DNA of 64,000 bases, taken from Octopus vulgaris (taxonomy: Eukaryota). Location of the stretch: contig OX597818.1 in the NCBI GenBank assembly GCA_951406725.2, positions 69,936,001 through 70,000,000 of the forward strand. The letters run 5' to 3'. The translations under genes were made by a program, and so were the position numbers. This document shows positions 50,344-64,000 of the stretch, in pieces. Every line of letters begins with the position of its first letter. Position 1 is the stretch's first letter. The notes below the pieces were generated by a model. It worked only from the letters and a program-made list of their open reading frames with translations, ran no database searches and was not told the origin of the DNA.

Positions 50344-50410
50344 GTATGTATATATATATATATATCTGTATGTATATATATATATATATCTGTATGTATA
50401 TATATATATA

Positions 50411-50836
50411 CTAGCAGCATAGCCCGGGTATGTAAGAGCCCCTAGTAGGCAACTACTAATCCCAATCTAGTCCTTTCCCTCTAGGGAGCGAAGGCGCATG
50501 TGCAGGTTGCAATGTTTTCTCTTCACTCGAATACTTCTGTGTATACGATGTTCCTAGCTGTCCCTTTGGGCGATAAAAAGGTCGAGTTGTGTCCCCTAGA
50601 CAGAAAATGTGTTGCATATAAAAAGCTTAGATTCTCGACCCCATGTCGAATTTATCGATTTTTTTCAGAACTGGAGAAACTTTTTAAAATTTTAGCTGCG
50701 TTAGTTTTGAATTATGACATTGGGCTATGTGTGTGTCAAGTTTCATCAGAATCGGTTGAAAGCTGTGGTCAGGGTGAGGGTACAACCTGACAGACACACA
50801 GACATACAGATAGACAAACTGCTGTTTATATATAGA
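50411..50836 (-). mobile_element. Non-autonomous Helitron (second family) inside (TA)n
   Basis: Minus strand A|TCTATATATAAAC...CCCGGGCTATGCTGCTAG|T. The termini resemble 16825-17335 and the subterminal hairpin has collapsed. Confidence 0.7.
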
Positions 50837-50854
50837 TATATATATATATATGTA

Positions 50855-50909
<55 letters not shown>

Positions 50910-51024
50910 GTATGTTTATATGTATGTATATACATGAATTTATATGTATATATATATGTACGTATGTATATATATGTATGCATATATATGTAAATATATA
51001 TGTATATTTATATGTATGTATGTA

Positions 51025-51066
<42 letters not shown>

Positions 51067-51093
51067 CATATATATATGTATATATATGTATGT

Positions 51094-51558
51094 TTAACCG
51101 CGTGATTGGGTATTCAGTCCGATTATTTCTATGTCCACGCGCATGATATAGCCGTTGACTCTCAAGAGTTCTTCCGTCCTTTGATGGGTTTTGTTTTTCA
51201 TCCCACAGGGTGTCCAATAAACACCCTCCTCACCAAGCAAGCTTAGTGGGGTTGCCAGTTTAGTCTCCGACGACCCGACCATGCAACAGGTTGTACTAGG
51301 TTACATGTTACCAGTAGCACTCATAAATGACCTGACATGATAACTCCGACATAAACCCTGCAGCTCAGTGGTTACCGATGATGTTGACTTGTTCTTCTTT
51401 TCGGATTATGGCTGCTGTTGCTTAGTGAGTGGGATTGACTCAGTGAACAGCCTTTCCTCACTTTAAAAAAAAATCGTCTTGCACAGGCATTGCACGATAA
51501 CAACAGTGATTAAGCTTCATGCAATGGCCATACTCGATAATGAGGGGGAAGTCACCAT
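51094..51558 (+). mobile_element. Non-coding element of about 460 bp ending in the RTE-BovB-like 3' tail (non-autonomous RTE or SINE)
   Basis: 51511-51558 matches 47232-47279. There is no RT coding. Hairpins: GGGTGT/ACACCC and CCTCACCAAGC/GCTTAGTGGGG. Confidence 0.7.
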
Positions 51559-51827
51559 ATATGTATGTATATATATATGCATATATATATATATGACTAT
51601 ATATGTATGTATATATATGCATATATATGTATGCATGTATACGTATATATATATATATATATATATATATGTGGGGCAGCCACCATATGTATATATATGT
51701 ATGTATATGTATATATATGTAAGTATATGTATATATATGTATGTATATATATGTAAGTATATATATATATGTATATATATGTAAGTATATATATGTATAT
51801 ATATGTATGTAAGTATATATATGTATG

Positions 51828-51874
<47 letters not shown>

Positions 51875-51879
51875 GTATT

Positions 51880-52425
51880 TGATTGCGTCACTCATAGCTT
51901 CTCCTCTCCAGGTGTAATGATCGCTGCAGAACTTCTACTTGGCTGCGCCTTGTGGAATGTTCTTGCTTATGGCCTCTCCTGCACTACTGTGTCCACAGCA
52001 GCACCTTCACGCGGTACCCCCTGTTCTCACTGAGCCTGCTGTGTGGCGCGACTGGGTGCTTGGCGGTATAACCAGGTGGGCAGACTGGGCTCGTTAGCCT
52101 TGGTTGGCAGCCAGTCTAGGAGAAGGAAAACTCTCACTCCAAACCCTCGCTCCGCTGCCTTGTGAATGCTCTTGGGAGAGGGAAAGGCTATGGGAGTAAA
52201 CCCAGACAGAATATCCGGAGTGGAGCCCCGAAGGCGGTAGGGTGTCGAATCTCGACCCCTTTCCGGCAACTCCTGCAGCCAACCAGACTCCAAACGTACT
52301 GCACTGCATTCCTTTGGATTATGTCTGGGGGGGCCGAGAGGAAGATTCTGGTGTCTGGGCAGCCCAGTGTCTTCGTTTCTACCGCCCAGGCTTGCGCCAT
52401 GGAGAAACTACTCCATCGATGGACG
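51880..52425 (+). mobile_element. Probable RTE/RTE-X 5' UTR-derived element
   Basis: A GC-rich block containing AGACTGGGCTCGTTAGCCTTGGTTGGCAGCCAGTCTAGGAGAAGGAAAACTCT, which I recognise from RTE-group 5' UTRs. It is flanked by TA-rich microsatellites. Confidence 0.6.
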
Positions 52426-52589
52426 TACATATATGTACTTATATACATATATCTACATATATGTATGTATATATATGTACATATATGTATGTATATATAT
52501 ATATATGTATATGTCTATATATGTATGTATATGTATATATGTTCGTATGTATATATGTATGTATATATATGTATGTATACTTTTTTTTT

Positions 52590-53043
52590 TCTTGTTTAAG
52601 CTCAGAGCTGCGGCCGTGCTGATGCACCACCATTTTGTGCTACACTGTTATTACGAAGAACCTCATCTAATATGTGGCACTTGGTGAAGAATGGAGTTTG
52701 ATATATCTACTCTCATTTGCACCTCTTCTCATGAGGTAGGTTCATTTGGGACTCTTGACAGGAAGATGTCCAGCTTTGATTTGAAAACCGCTACATCTAC
52801 TTTGTGCAAGTTCCTCAGACTCTTTGGGAGAATATTAAAAAGCTGTGGGCCCTTGAAACCCAGGCTGTTGCAGAAGCTGGTCCTGAAGCGTGATGGCATT
52901 GCTGGGATTTTTGGCACTATACAGTGTCGTCCTGTTCTAGCATTGATGTAGCTTACAATGCCAAAATTTGGCACAATTTCTTCCAGGATCTTCCAGACAT
53001 ATATTACTGCATACCTCTCCCGTCTTCTCTCCAGGGAGTAGAG

Positions 53044-53044
<1 letters not shown>
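52590..53044 (-). mobile_element. CR1-group LINE 3'-end fragment
   Basis: [28 protein letters not shown]...[11 protein letters not shown]...[21 protein letters not shown]...[15 protein letters not shown]. The tail is GGTGGTGCATCAGCACGGCCGCAGCTCTGAGCT. Confidence 0.92.
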
Positions 53045-53089
<45 letters not shown>

Positions 53090-53163
53090 TGTACGTATCT
53101 ATATATATATATATAGAGAGAGATATACGTATCTATATATATATATATATATAGATATACATA

Positions 53164-53197
<34 letters not shown>

Positions 53198-53337
53198 GAT
53201 AGATATACGTATCTATATATATACATATATATATATATATACAGATATACGTATGTATATATATATATAGATATATATATATATATATATATACATATGT
53301 GTATATATATATATGTATGTATATATATATATGTATG

Positions 53338-53388
<51 letters not shown>

Positions 53389-53567
53389 GTATGTATATAT
53401 ATATTCGTATGTATATATATATATACGTATGTATATATATACATATGTATATATATATATATATATACATATGTATGTGTAAGTATGTATGTATATATAT
53501 ACATATGTATGTATGTATATATATATATATATATATGTATGTATATATATATATATACGTATGTATG

Positions 53568-53607
<40 letters not shown>

Positions 53608-53612
53608 GTATG

Positions 53613-53706
<94 letters not shown>

Positions 53707-53714
53707 CGTATGTA

Positions 53715-53761
<47 letters not shown>

Positions 53762-54582
53762 ATATATGTATATGTATATATATATATTCATATGTGTATA
53801 TGTATATATATATTTATATGTGCATATATATGTGTATAAATATTTATGTTTATATATCTATATATATATATATATATAGAAGGATAGATAGATAGAAATG
53901 TGAATATGTATTTGTTTGCTTATAGAAATAATCTGTGGAATGTTTTGCAAATTTTTCCTGTGCCCTGTATGTATGCATATATGATTATATATACTGTTTG
54001 ATGTTGAGATGTGTGTGTAGTCACCACTATTCTTGTAAATATATAATAAATATGTACTCTAGAAAAGGTATTGAGTAATCCCTCAGTTTAACGTAAAATT
54101 GTTTTATCATAGCTCGGACAAAAACCAACATTGCTCTGTGTTTATGCGTGCATGCATGAGTGTGTGTGTATGTGGGAGAGAGAGAGTGTGTGAGCAAATA
54201 TGTAAATATGAACATTACATAAATAAATGTTTCAGTGTATATATACTTTATGGTTGTTCACGAGTGTAAGTTTGTGTGTGTGTGTGTTTGTGTGTGCACA
54301 TACAATCTTATTTCTATTTACATGTGAGTATGCAAAGATATAAGAAATGTGTGTGCATTTCTCCATGATACATACAACATGTTTGCATGTGTGTGTACAA
54401 GAGGGAATGTGAATGCGTGTGAGCATGTTTGCAGTGAGTGCTTGTGTGTGTGAATACATTTATATTACTTGAAATAAATAAAAAAAAAAGAGAAAAGAAT
54501 AAAGCATGCATTCTGAAAATATAGAAAGCTCTGCATATTTCAGGCGTGAACTAAATTATGTATTTTTTAAAATATATATATA

Positions 54583-54629
<47 letters not shown>

Positions 54630-55140
54630 CTGTGTGTATACATATATATACATACATACTGAGAGAGAGATGGGTAAATAGATATAGATATATACACACA
54701 CACACATATATATATACAGATACAAACGTACACTGACATACATACATACATACATACATACATGCACGTAAAAAACTCACATAGATATAATTACTTAACA
54801 GTATATGTATTTGTGCTTATGTGCATATATATGTATGTACACGTGTGTATACATATATATATATATATATATATATCCGTATATATATTTGTACACATAT
54901 ATATATATATATATATATTTATAAATATATACATATACACACACATATATTCATACCTATATACAGAGGTGTAGATTAATGAATGAATGGATAATATTAT
55001 TCCCAGCCAAAATGGATGAGACTAAACAATCTCATTGTCTATAAAAACAGCTGTTATAAAGTAGAAAGATCACCTAGAGTTCATACTACCTTAAATAAAT
55101 ACCTGTTTCATAAGCCTCAACACATACCATCTTACATGCA

Positions 55141-55174
<34 letters not shown>

Positions 55175-56096
55175 CAATATTTCTCTTCTGTTTACATTTT
55201 TTTTTTTTTTTCCTTTCGCAATGATGATGATGATGAAGATGGTATTTTAAAGAGAGCAATGTGTAAATTTTCTGCCTGCATTTTTAATTGGTAATTTTGA
55301 GAGAGATAAATTTAAAGAATAATCAAAGTCCATGTGAAATGCTTCCCATCTTCTTATCATTTTCCCAGTGATCAGCATTCTGTGTGTCTGTCTGTCCGTC
55401 CATCTGTATACCTGTTTGTCTGTCTGTCTGTCTGTCTCTTTAAGTGTATTTAGCCACTTTGACTGAAGCAGGTGTACAACGTGAACTAAGGTAGAGAGAA
55501 AGACTGTGAGACTGTTGTCGACGACGACAATCCTTCTTTAGACATCAACACTACACTGCCTGCTACACTGACTGGCTAGCTGCATGCTTTGCGAGAGAGG
55601 AAAAGAAGGAGAGAAAGAGAGAGGGAGAGTAGAAGAAATACAAACAGAAAGAAAAAGAGAGTGAGAGAGAGTTTACATGTGTATGTATATAAATGTATGT
55701 GTATATATAAAGGTGTGCATTCACGTGTGTGTGTGTGTGTGTGTGCATCAGCGTGTTTCAGAACTAAGCTAGCAGAGTCTGCACATGCAGGCTGATCAGT
55801 CGCAACAGCCATAGAAAGCTGCAAAGAGAAAGACCAGACCCAAACAGACTTTATATTATTGCATATTACAAACTAACGGAGGTTAACGAGCTAGTCATCA
55901 TATTTTGGATTACATTCACAATCATTCAATTAACAAATCACCATTCCACTTCTTTTGATTCATTTCAATATATTTATTTACAGTTTAATTACTTTCTTAA
56001 AAATTTGTCACAATTTTGGTGTTGTTGTTAATGTTGTTGTTGGTGGTGGCAAGGGTGGTGGTGTTACAAAATTCTATTTTTTAACTATCAACAGTT

Positions 56097-56145
<49 letters not shown>

Positions 56146-56289
56146 CATACATACATACATATATATATATATATATGTATGTATATATGTTATGTATGTA
56201 TGTATGTATGTATGTATGTATAAGCTTATTTACTTGTAAAGCTATGTAAGAGACTTGAAGATCAAGAGTTTTCTGCATTGCACTTATCA

Positions 56290-56333
<44 letters not shown>

Positions 56334-57285
56334 GTATGTGTGTATATAACTGACCCTGCTCCCTCCTCCCCTTCCCATCTCATTCATGTTATTGTTTTGG
56401 TCTCGGAGATTTATACTTTCTAGTATCAAGCAACTGTATGAAATATTGGCATCCGTAGCTACGACCACGTTTAGCTTCCAAACATACACACCTTCTCCTC
56501 CTCCTCCCTACCTCTCTCTTTCTCGCCTCCTCCCTCTCTTCCTCCCTCCTTCTCGTCTACTTTCACTTTCAGTCTTAACTGTTAGCTTCTCTTGATACTG
56601 TTGCTCTTCTCTCTCTTTTCCCAGACTTTTTTACTGGATACACCAAACTAACAGTAGCAAGGAGCACACTTATATTGTTATTATTATTATTATTATCATT
56701 ATTGTTATTATTGTGATGGTAGCTTGATGTCCTTGTTGTTGCTGTTGTTATCATAGGTGACGCTGCTGGTGGTGGTATTTTCTTTTCTTTCTTTACTTCT
56801 GTTGTTATTTCCAACAACTTTCTACACTTTTCTTTCTATTATCATCTCTAGTTAGAATTATTTTTTCCCATTTCTTTTCCACTTGTACAAACTGTTCTTT
56901 TTTTAAGGTTTATATTTTATATATTTCTTATTTAACTCAAAAATTATCCAAACCCACTTTTCCCCACCAAAAACAATTGAAAAACAAAAATCAATCAATT
57001 GTATATAGTAATTATTTTGAAAATATTAAATGAAAACTCGTTTTTTGCTGGTTAAATCTAATTTATTGTAAATTTATATTTTTCATTAAAAACTAAATTT
57101 TAAACAATCCAGTGCAGTTCAAAAAGTCAAACATATTTTATTACAAAAAGGAATTTCTCCTTTATTAATTTCTTTCTCATCAATCCAACTTCATCCCATG
57201 AAATTTAAGGAAAACTGAAAAAACAAAACAAAAAACACAATCAAAATCGATTATTATTATAATTGCTTCATTTATTATTATTATA

Positions 57286-57322
<37 letters not shown>

Positions 57323-57575
57323 TTTTGTAAAATTATAATCTTAATAACTCTTGATAGCATCTCTAATATCTTCTTGTAGACTTCTTATCATTCCCCAACT
57401 GGACTAAAAGAGAAACTAAACACATTTCCAAAGACTTTTCTCTCTCTCTCTCTCTCTCTCACTCACTCCCCTTCTCTTGCAATCTCTTTCCCCCCTCATC
57501 CTCTTTCTCTCTCTCTGTTTTTCTCTCCCAATCTCTCTTCCACACACACACGCTCTCTCTCTCTCATCTCTCTTT

Positions 57576-57611
<36 letters not shown>

Positions 57612-57965
57612 AGCCATACTTACTTGTATGATTCTTCATATACACCTCAACCTGTACAACATAACTAATGTTGCTTTCATCACCTATCAGTGTTAATTTT
57701 GCTCTCATGTCCGTTCAGTGAAATCGTCTTTTTAAACAATGGTTCTCTACCCTCTCCTCTTCGTTTTCTTTTTATAAATCATGAAATGTTGTAACCTGAA
57801 AACCCACATCATCCTGGAGTAGACATAAAAAAAAAAGTATTTATTTAAAAAAAAAAAACAGAAAAAAAGGAAAAGTGAAAAATTACCAAAAAGGCTAAAA
57901 AAATATTTATTACATTTGAGACTTCTACAGACTTGCTTTTGAAAACTTTCTACAACATTTTAAGA

Positions 57966-57974
57966 AAGGTAAGA
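57966..57974 (+). other. Candidate 5' splice donor (AAG|GTAAGA) closing a possible non-coding exon
   Basis: A consensus-quality donor (GT at 57969-57970) after a long, transposon-free, UTR-like stretch. No transcript evidence is available. Confidence 0.3.
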
Positions 57975-58219
57975 ATTTCTGCGTTTTGCTTGTCTATATA
58001 TGTTTTTTCCTTTCTTGTTTTTGATTCCCTTTTATTGAGAGAGATTTCCATTGGGAAGGTGAAGGGGTGGGAGGAATTAAAGTTGGGGACTTATAAAGGG
58101 TCTCTATTATTACATGACTTTCTTTTTTGTGAAGTGTGTACACACAAGTCTTCCAGTATATGTGTATGTGTGAATGTGTCTATCTCTATGTATGTATGCA
58201 TGTCTGTGAGTATACACAT

Positions 58220-58251
<32 letters not shown>

Positions 58252-58602
58252 CATACACACACACACACACATATATATGTACGTACATGAACATACATAT
58301 TTATATTTACATAAATGTCTGTTGTATATATATATGTGTGTGTATGTATATGTGTGTATATATATATGTGTGTATGTATATATATATGTGTGTATGTATA
58401 TATATATATGTGTGTATGTATATATATATGTGTGTGTATGTATATATATGTGTGTGTGTGTATATATATATGTGTGTGTGTGTATATATATGTGTGTGTG
58501 TATATATATGTGTGTATGTATATATATGTATGTATATATATATATGTATATATATGTATGTATATATATGTATATATATATATGTATGTATATATATATA
58601 TG

Positions 58603-58640
<38 letters not shown>

Positions 58641-58967
58641 TATATATGTATGTATATATGTATGTATATATATATATATGTATGTATGTATATATATATA
58701 TATATGTATGTATATATGTATGTATATATATATGTATGTATATATATATATGTATGTATACATGTATGTATATATATATATGTATGTATATATATATGTA
58801 TGTATATATGTATGTATATATATGCATATATATATATGTATATATGTATATATATGTATATATATATGTATATATATGTATATATATATGTATGTATATA
58901 TGTATTTATATATATATATGTATGTATGTATATGTATATGTATATATGTTATATGTAAGTATATATG

Positions 58968-59023
<56 letters not shown>

Positions 59024-59521
59024 AATACATAAATGACAGATATACACATGAATATGAACATTATTTGTGTGTATGTATATATATATATTGATGGATAAAG
59101 AGTGAGAGAGCGGAAGAGAGAAAAAGAAAGGGATAGATATATCTATATACATGCCCATTATATAAATGCATACATATGTATATGTAAGCATACACACAAG
59201 CATGCGTGTGCACACACACTCATATTAATAATCCTGTGTTGATTGGGACTTCAAATTTCATGGTAGTGGCTTCTTCAAATCTCTCATATACATGAATAAT
59301 ACATACATACATACATATACACACACACACACACACATATATGTATATACAAAATATAAACATTCATGTATAGTATATATATTTAGTATACATATTATAT
59401 ACACACATGCACATATGTATGTATGTATGTTTTAGTTTTTGTGTTATGTTTTGATAAAGCAATTTTACATTCAACCGAAGGATTACTCAATACTTGTTTA
59501 GAGTATAGCCTTTCACAAAAA

Positions 59522-59623
59522 TAGTATTGACAGTGACTTTGAAGTCTTAGCCAGGTAAACCCATCCTTGGACACTTTAATGATGGCTTAGCCGGTCAAAA
59601 CTTCGAAGTCTCTGTCAATATTA
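59522..59623. repeat. About 44-bp inverted repeat with hammerhead remnants (PLE-type)
   Basis: 59522-59565 versus 59581-59623. The right arm has AAACTTCGAAGTC (a 10-nt palindrome plus GUC). Confidence 0.7.
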
Positions 59624-59639
59624 TTCTTTTTAAAGAATA

Positions 59640-59676
<37 letters not shown>

Positions 59677-60533
59677 TATGTATACATATATAAATATATG
59701 TGTGTGTGCGTGCATGCATGTGTGTGTGTGTGTATGAGCGTCCAATAATACTATATTTGTTCCATGTCCTCGCGTTGTTGTGTTTTTTTGTGCTTTCTTG
59801 TTTGGATTAACTTTATATGTATGTATGTATTCATATATACATGTGTGTGAATGTGGTATGTGTGTATGTGTGAGGATGTGCATATAGATACATCCTTTAT
59901 ATATAGTCTATTTACACCATAATATTAAATTAACATATTTTAGAAGAAAACAAGGATGCATGTGTTTTGGAAACGTCTCTAAATTTCACTCGTACCTAGA
60001 TTCACAAACTCACTGGCTTTACCTGTTACTCTCTGTATCTCTCTCTCTCTCCTTCCCTCGTGTTTTCAGACTTCTTATGTTTGTGGATTTACATACACAC
60101 ACACACGTTCAGTGAGTGAGTGTGTATTTGTATGAATAATGCATATATTGTGTGTGTGTGTGTGTGTGCATATGAAAATAGATAATATTCTTGTATATGT
60201 TCTTACTGAACATACTCATAGGTACACACACGACACACACACAGGTGTGTATGTGTATATATATATTTATATGTATGTATGTATGTAGCCACACATGATT
60301 GTACTGGCTTTCACCTATATGCACCCAAGTACACATACAGCCAAACACTCACACAAACACGTGTGTATGCATACACACGCACACACACCTACACACAATA
60401 ATATTTACACTACTAACTCTCTTTGCATGTGATTAATTAGTCTGCTTCTAACGAAGTCAGCAGTACATCCAACTTGTTGAATAGTACGGAAAAAAACTAA
60501 TATTGCTATAACTTTGCCTCATTCTACAATCAA

Positions 60534-60574
<41 letters not shown>

Positions 60575-60614
60575 ACTCTGAAGAATATCATAGAATTCAA
60601 TGAAAGAAGAGACA

Positions 60615-60940
60615 GAATTGGCAGAGTTGATAGAGAGTGTCTGACTAAATGCCCTGCAGCGAATTTGGTTACGTCACTTCATGTTCTGAGATCAAATCCT
60701 GCCTGGAGTTTGAATTTATCCTTTTTCTCTTTTGGCGGATGTGTTTATATTGCATTGTTTCTGCTATTTTGGGAAATGGTTGGCAAATATAATAAATATT
60801 GGTCGAATACCGAGGAGTTAATTTTATCAGTTGTTACCGCCCCCCCCCACACACACACAAACACTCAGATTTTCTATTTCTTGCATGAAATCCCCCAAAT
60901 ATATAGACGGTTGCAGCCTTGTGCTAATATAAGGAAAAGT
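60615..60940 (+). mobile_element. Degenerate Meta-domain-like SINE
   Basis: GAATTGGCAGAGTTGATAGAG...GTTCTGAGATCAAATCCTGCC...GCAGCCTTGTGCTAATATAAG. Confidence 0.55.
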
Positions 60941-60996
60941 CAATACAGTGTGGAATCCTCAATGATTTCATAATCAATCTGAATTGTGTGTGTGTG

Positions 60997-61038
<42 letters not shown>

Positions 61039-61642
61039 CATACATACATACATACATACATAAGTCTGTATCTATCCGTATATACATACATGCACACACT
61101 CATCTATGTGCATAATTATATATATATATGTGTATAAAGATTGATAGCTACAGATGTAGATAAATAGAAAGAGAGAAATGGAGGGATGGATGGACTCATA
61201 CAGGTAGACCGATACATAAGGTAGACAGGTAGTTGATAGTGAGGTAGACAGGTAGTTGATAGTGAGGTAGACAGGTAGTTGATAGATAGACTGACAGAAA
61301 GGCAGACACGGATTATTCCAAATATATTTTTTCCTTCCTCTCTCGCCTCACTCAAGTTTTTCTTCTTTTCTTCTTCTGCACTTCCTCAACTTTCCTTTTC
61401 CCCTGCTTCACTCATTTTTCATCATCATCAGCATCATAATCAGCAGAAGAACCTTCTTTTTGGTTTTCTTTTCTTCCCTTTTCCCTTTTTTGTCCTTTTT
61501 TTTAAATATTTTCTTCTTTTGCTTTTGTTGTCATCTTTCACCTTTCTTATAGTTCCTTCTCCTCCTCCTTCTCCTCATCATCACCGGCACCATTATAACT
61601 ATTATTGTTATCTCTCCAATTATCTTCTTATCTTTCTTTTTC

Positions 61643-61673
<31 letters not shown>

Positions 61674-61875
61674 AACTATCTCTTTTACATTTTTACATTC
61701 TTGTATCTTTCTTTCTGACTTTCATTTTTCTCCCACGTACACACACACACACACACACATACTATCTCTCTCTCTCTCTCTCTCCCTCTAGCTCTCTTTC
61801 TCCCTCCCTCCCTCTCTTTCTCTGTTACAAGAGGTATAAAGAAATGTCTCTTTATACTTCCTACTGATATATACA

Positions 61876-61925
<50 letters not shown>

Positions 61926-62354
61926 CACACACACACACACATCATATATTTGTGAATATACATTATATATGTGTGTGTGTGTGTGTGCATGTATGTCTAT
62001 ATACACACACACACTTCTCTTTTTTCACGACAAACTAAAAATCAATAATTTGTAGAGATTAATTAACAAATGCTTCCTTCAACATTCAGGTCCTTTCTTT
62101 GTTTTATTTCCACTTATAACCCCTTTTTTTTCATGTAATTTGCAACTGTAAATACACACACACAGTTATGCACAAGCACACACTCTCATCATGCCGGTAA
62201 AAGAGGAAGAATATAGATGTATGTACGTGTGCACACGTGTGTCTTTGTGTGAGTGTGTCTGCCTCTGTGTGTATGTGTGCGTGTGTGTTCGTTTTTGTGA
62301 AACCAATGAAAATGTAGAATAGAAATGTGTGTATATGTTTATGCATGCTGACAA

Positions 62355-62396
<42 letters not shown>

Positions 62397-62468
62397 GCAT
62401 ACTTATAAATATATTATATATACATATAAGCATTATATATATGCATCTATATTGTGTGTGTATGTATG

Positions 62469-62499
<31 letters not shown>

Positions 62500-63004
62500 T
62501 TTATATATATATGTATGTGTATATATAATGTATATTTATATATGTATGTGTATATATAATGTATATTTATATATGTATGTATATATATTTATTTATATAT
62601 ATATATATGTGTATGTGTATATATAATGTATATTTATATATACATGTATATATGTGTGTGTATATTTATATATGTGTATGTATGTGTATATATAATGTAT
62701 ATTTATATATGTATATATATGTATGTGTATGTGTATATATGTGTATGTATGTGTGTTTGTATATACGTATATATATATATATATATATGTATACATATAT
62801 GTAAATATGTATATATGTGTCTGTATATGTGTATATATATATATATCTGTGTGTGTATGCATGTGTATATATATATTTATATATATATACATCTTCATTT
62901 TTATATCGAAGCACTTTTATTTACTTATATACACCATCAAGCATTCGCTATATTGACAAATAACCACAATCTATTGCGGTGGAATTCCGTCTGAAATCCA
63001 CTGC

Positions 63005-63850
63005 AGGACTTGGCTGGTACTTTACTTTATTGGTCCCAGATAACTGGAAGTTTAAGCCAACATAGATGAGATTTGAGCACAAAATACTGAGCACTTTGAG
63101 TCATTGGTAATTCCCACAATTATGAATAATAACTGCTTCAAATATAGGCAAAGGATCTAAAATTTTAAGGGTCGGGGAAATCTATTTCATGAATTCTTAT
63201 ATCTTACTGGTTCTTGATTTAATTGACCCCAAAACTGTGAAAGGCAAGTTTGACCTTGGTGTGGTTTGAACTCAGAGTGTAAGGGCATACCACAAGGCAT
63301 TTTACTGAAAACTCTAATGAAGCAGCCACTTAACAACTCTTAGCAATAATAATATTAATTAGTAGTAGTTGTAGTAGTAGTATCATCATAATCATCATCC
63401 TTTCTGTTATAAGCACAAGGCCTGAAATGTTGTGGGGGGGGGTAAGTCGATTACGTTGACCCTAATGTGCAACTGGTACTTATTTTATTGACTCCGAAAG
63501 AATGAATGGCAAAGTTGACCTCAGAGGCATTTGAACTCAGAACATAAATATGGACAAACTGCTGCTAAGCATTCCACCCAGCATGCTAATGGTTCTGCCA
63601 GCTCAATAATAATAATAATAATAATAATAATGACAAAAACAACAATATTAAAAATAGTTTCTAAATCCATAGTGGCTGTGGTTAATAATGTTGGTTATAT
63701 CTATCCCTTGGCCTTACATGTTATTTTCTTTCAATGAATCAAGGATGGTGCAAAGAAAAGTGAAACCAGTTGGGATTTGAACTCAGGACTTAAAGTGCTG
63801 CAACTAAATACTGCAGGACATATTTAGTCTGGCACTTTACCAACTCTATT
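63005..63850 (-). mobile_element. Four head-to-tail Meta-domain-like SINE copies separated by TAA/TAG/CAT tracts
   Basis: Repeated CTGGTACTT..TTTATTG...GGCAAAGTTGACC...TTTGAACTCAG blocks at about 63010, 63135, 63402 and 63720. Confidence 0.75.
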
Positions 63851-64000
63851 ATGTTTGTATGCCAACCAGACACCTGAGGTCACGATGGCACTGCTACAGC
63901 TCCGTCGACCATTTAGGGCCCAAGGCAAAGCAATTCAACATTCCGACACCCTAGATGAATACTTACATTAAATGATAATCTATGATGATAATAATAATAA

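Noticed and set aside
57933-59091. Long Y/I/V/C/M/H/T-rich ORFs (up to 341 aa), also at 24886-25371, 47238-48026 and 53133-53895
   Set aside because: They are translations of TA/TG/CA microsatellites that lack stop codons, and are open in several frames on both strands.
61219-61285. 23-bp tandem repeat of about 3 units; also a 17-bp duplication at 33552-33586
   Set aside because: Ordinary slippage products.

Overview
AT-rich eukaryotic DNA with no host protein-coding exon that I can support. The repeat families suggest an octopod cephalopod (Octopus) intron or intergenic region; this is recognition from memory, not a database result. Nearly all ORFs in the track are translations of (TA)n, (CA)n or (TATG)n microsatellites, or of decayed transposons. 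Supported content: two mariner relics, one full length with TIRs and a TA TSD; CR1-group, RTE, RTE-BovB-like, RTE-X and R4/Dong LINE fragments; several tRNA-derived SINE families; two non-autonomous Helitrons; and many short fold-back fragments typical of Penelope-like elements (PLEs). The best non-trivial signal is a cluster of minimal type-I hammerhead-ribozyme motifs at 1.8-6.1 kb, including a head-to-head inverted pair. Also notable are SINE/LINE partner pairs whose shared 3' tails can be seen inside the window, one with covarying stem bases. Element classes also partition by microsatellite type (TAA, TA, GATA). A transposon-poor island at about 54-59 kb contains a strong splice donor and may be a gene 5' end. 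Repeat boundaries are approximate, within tens of bp.
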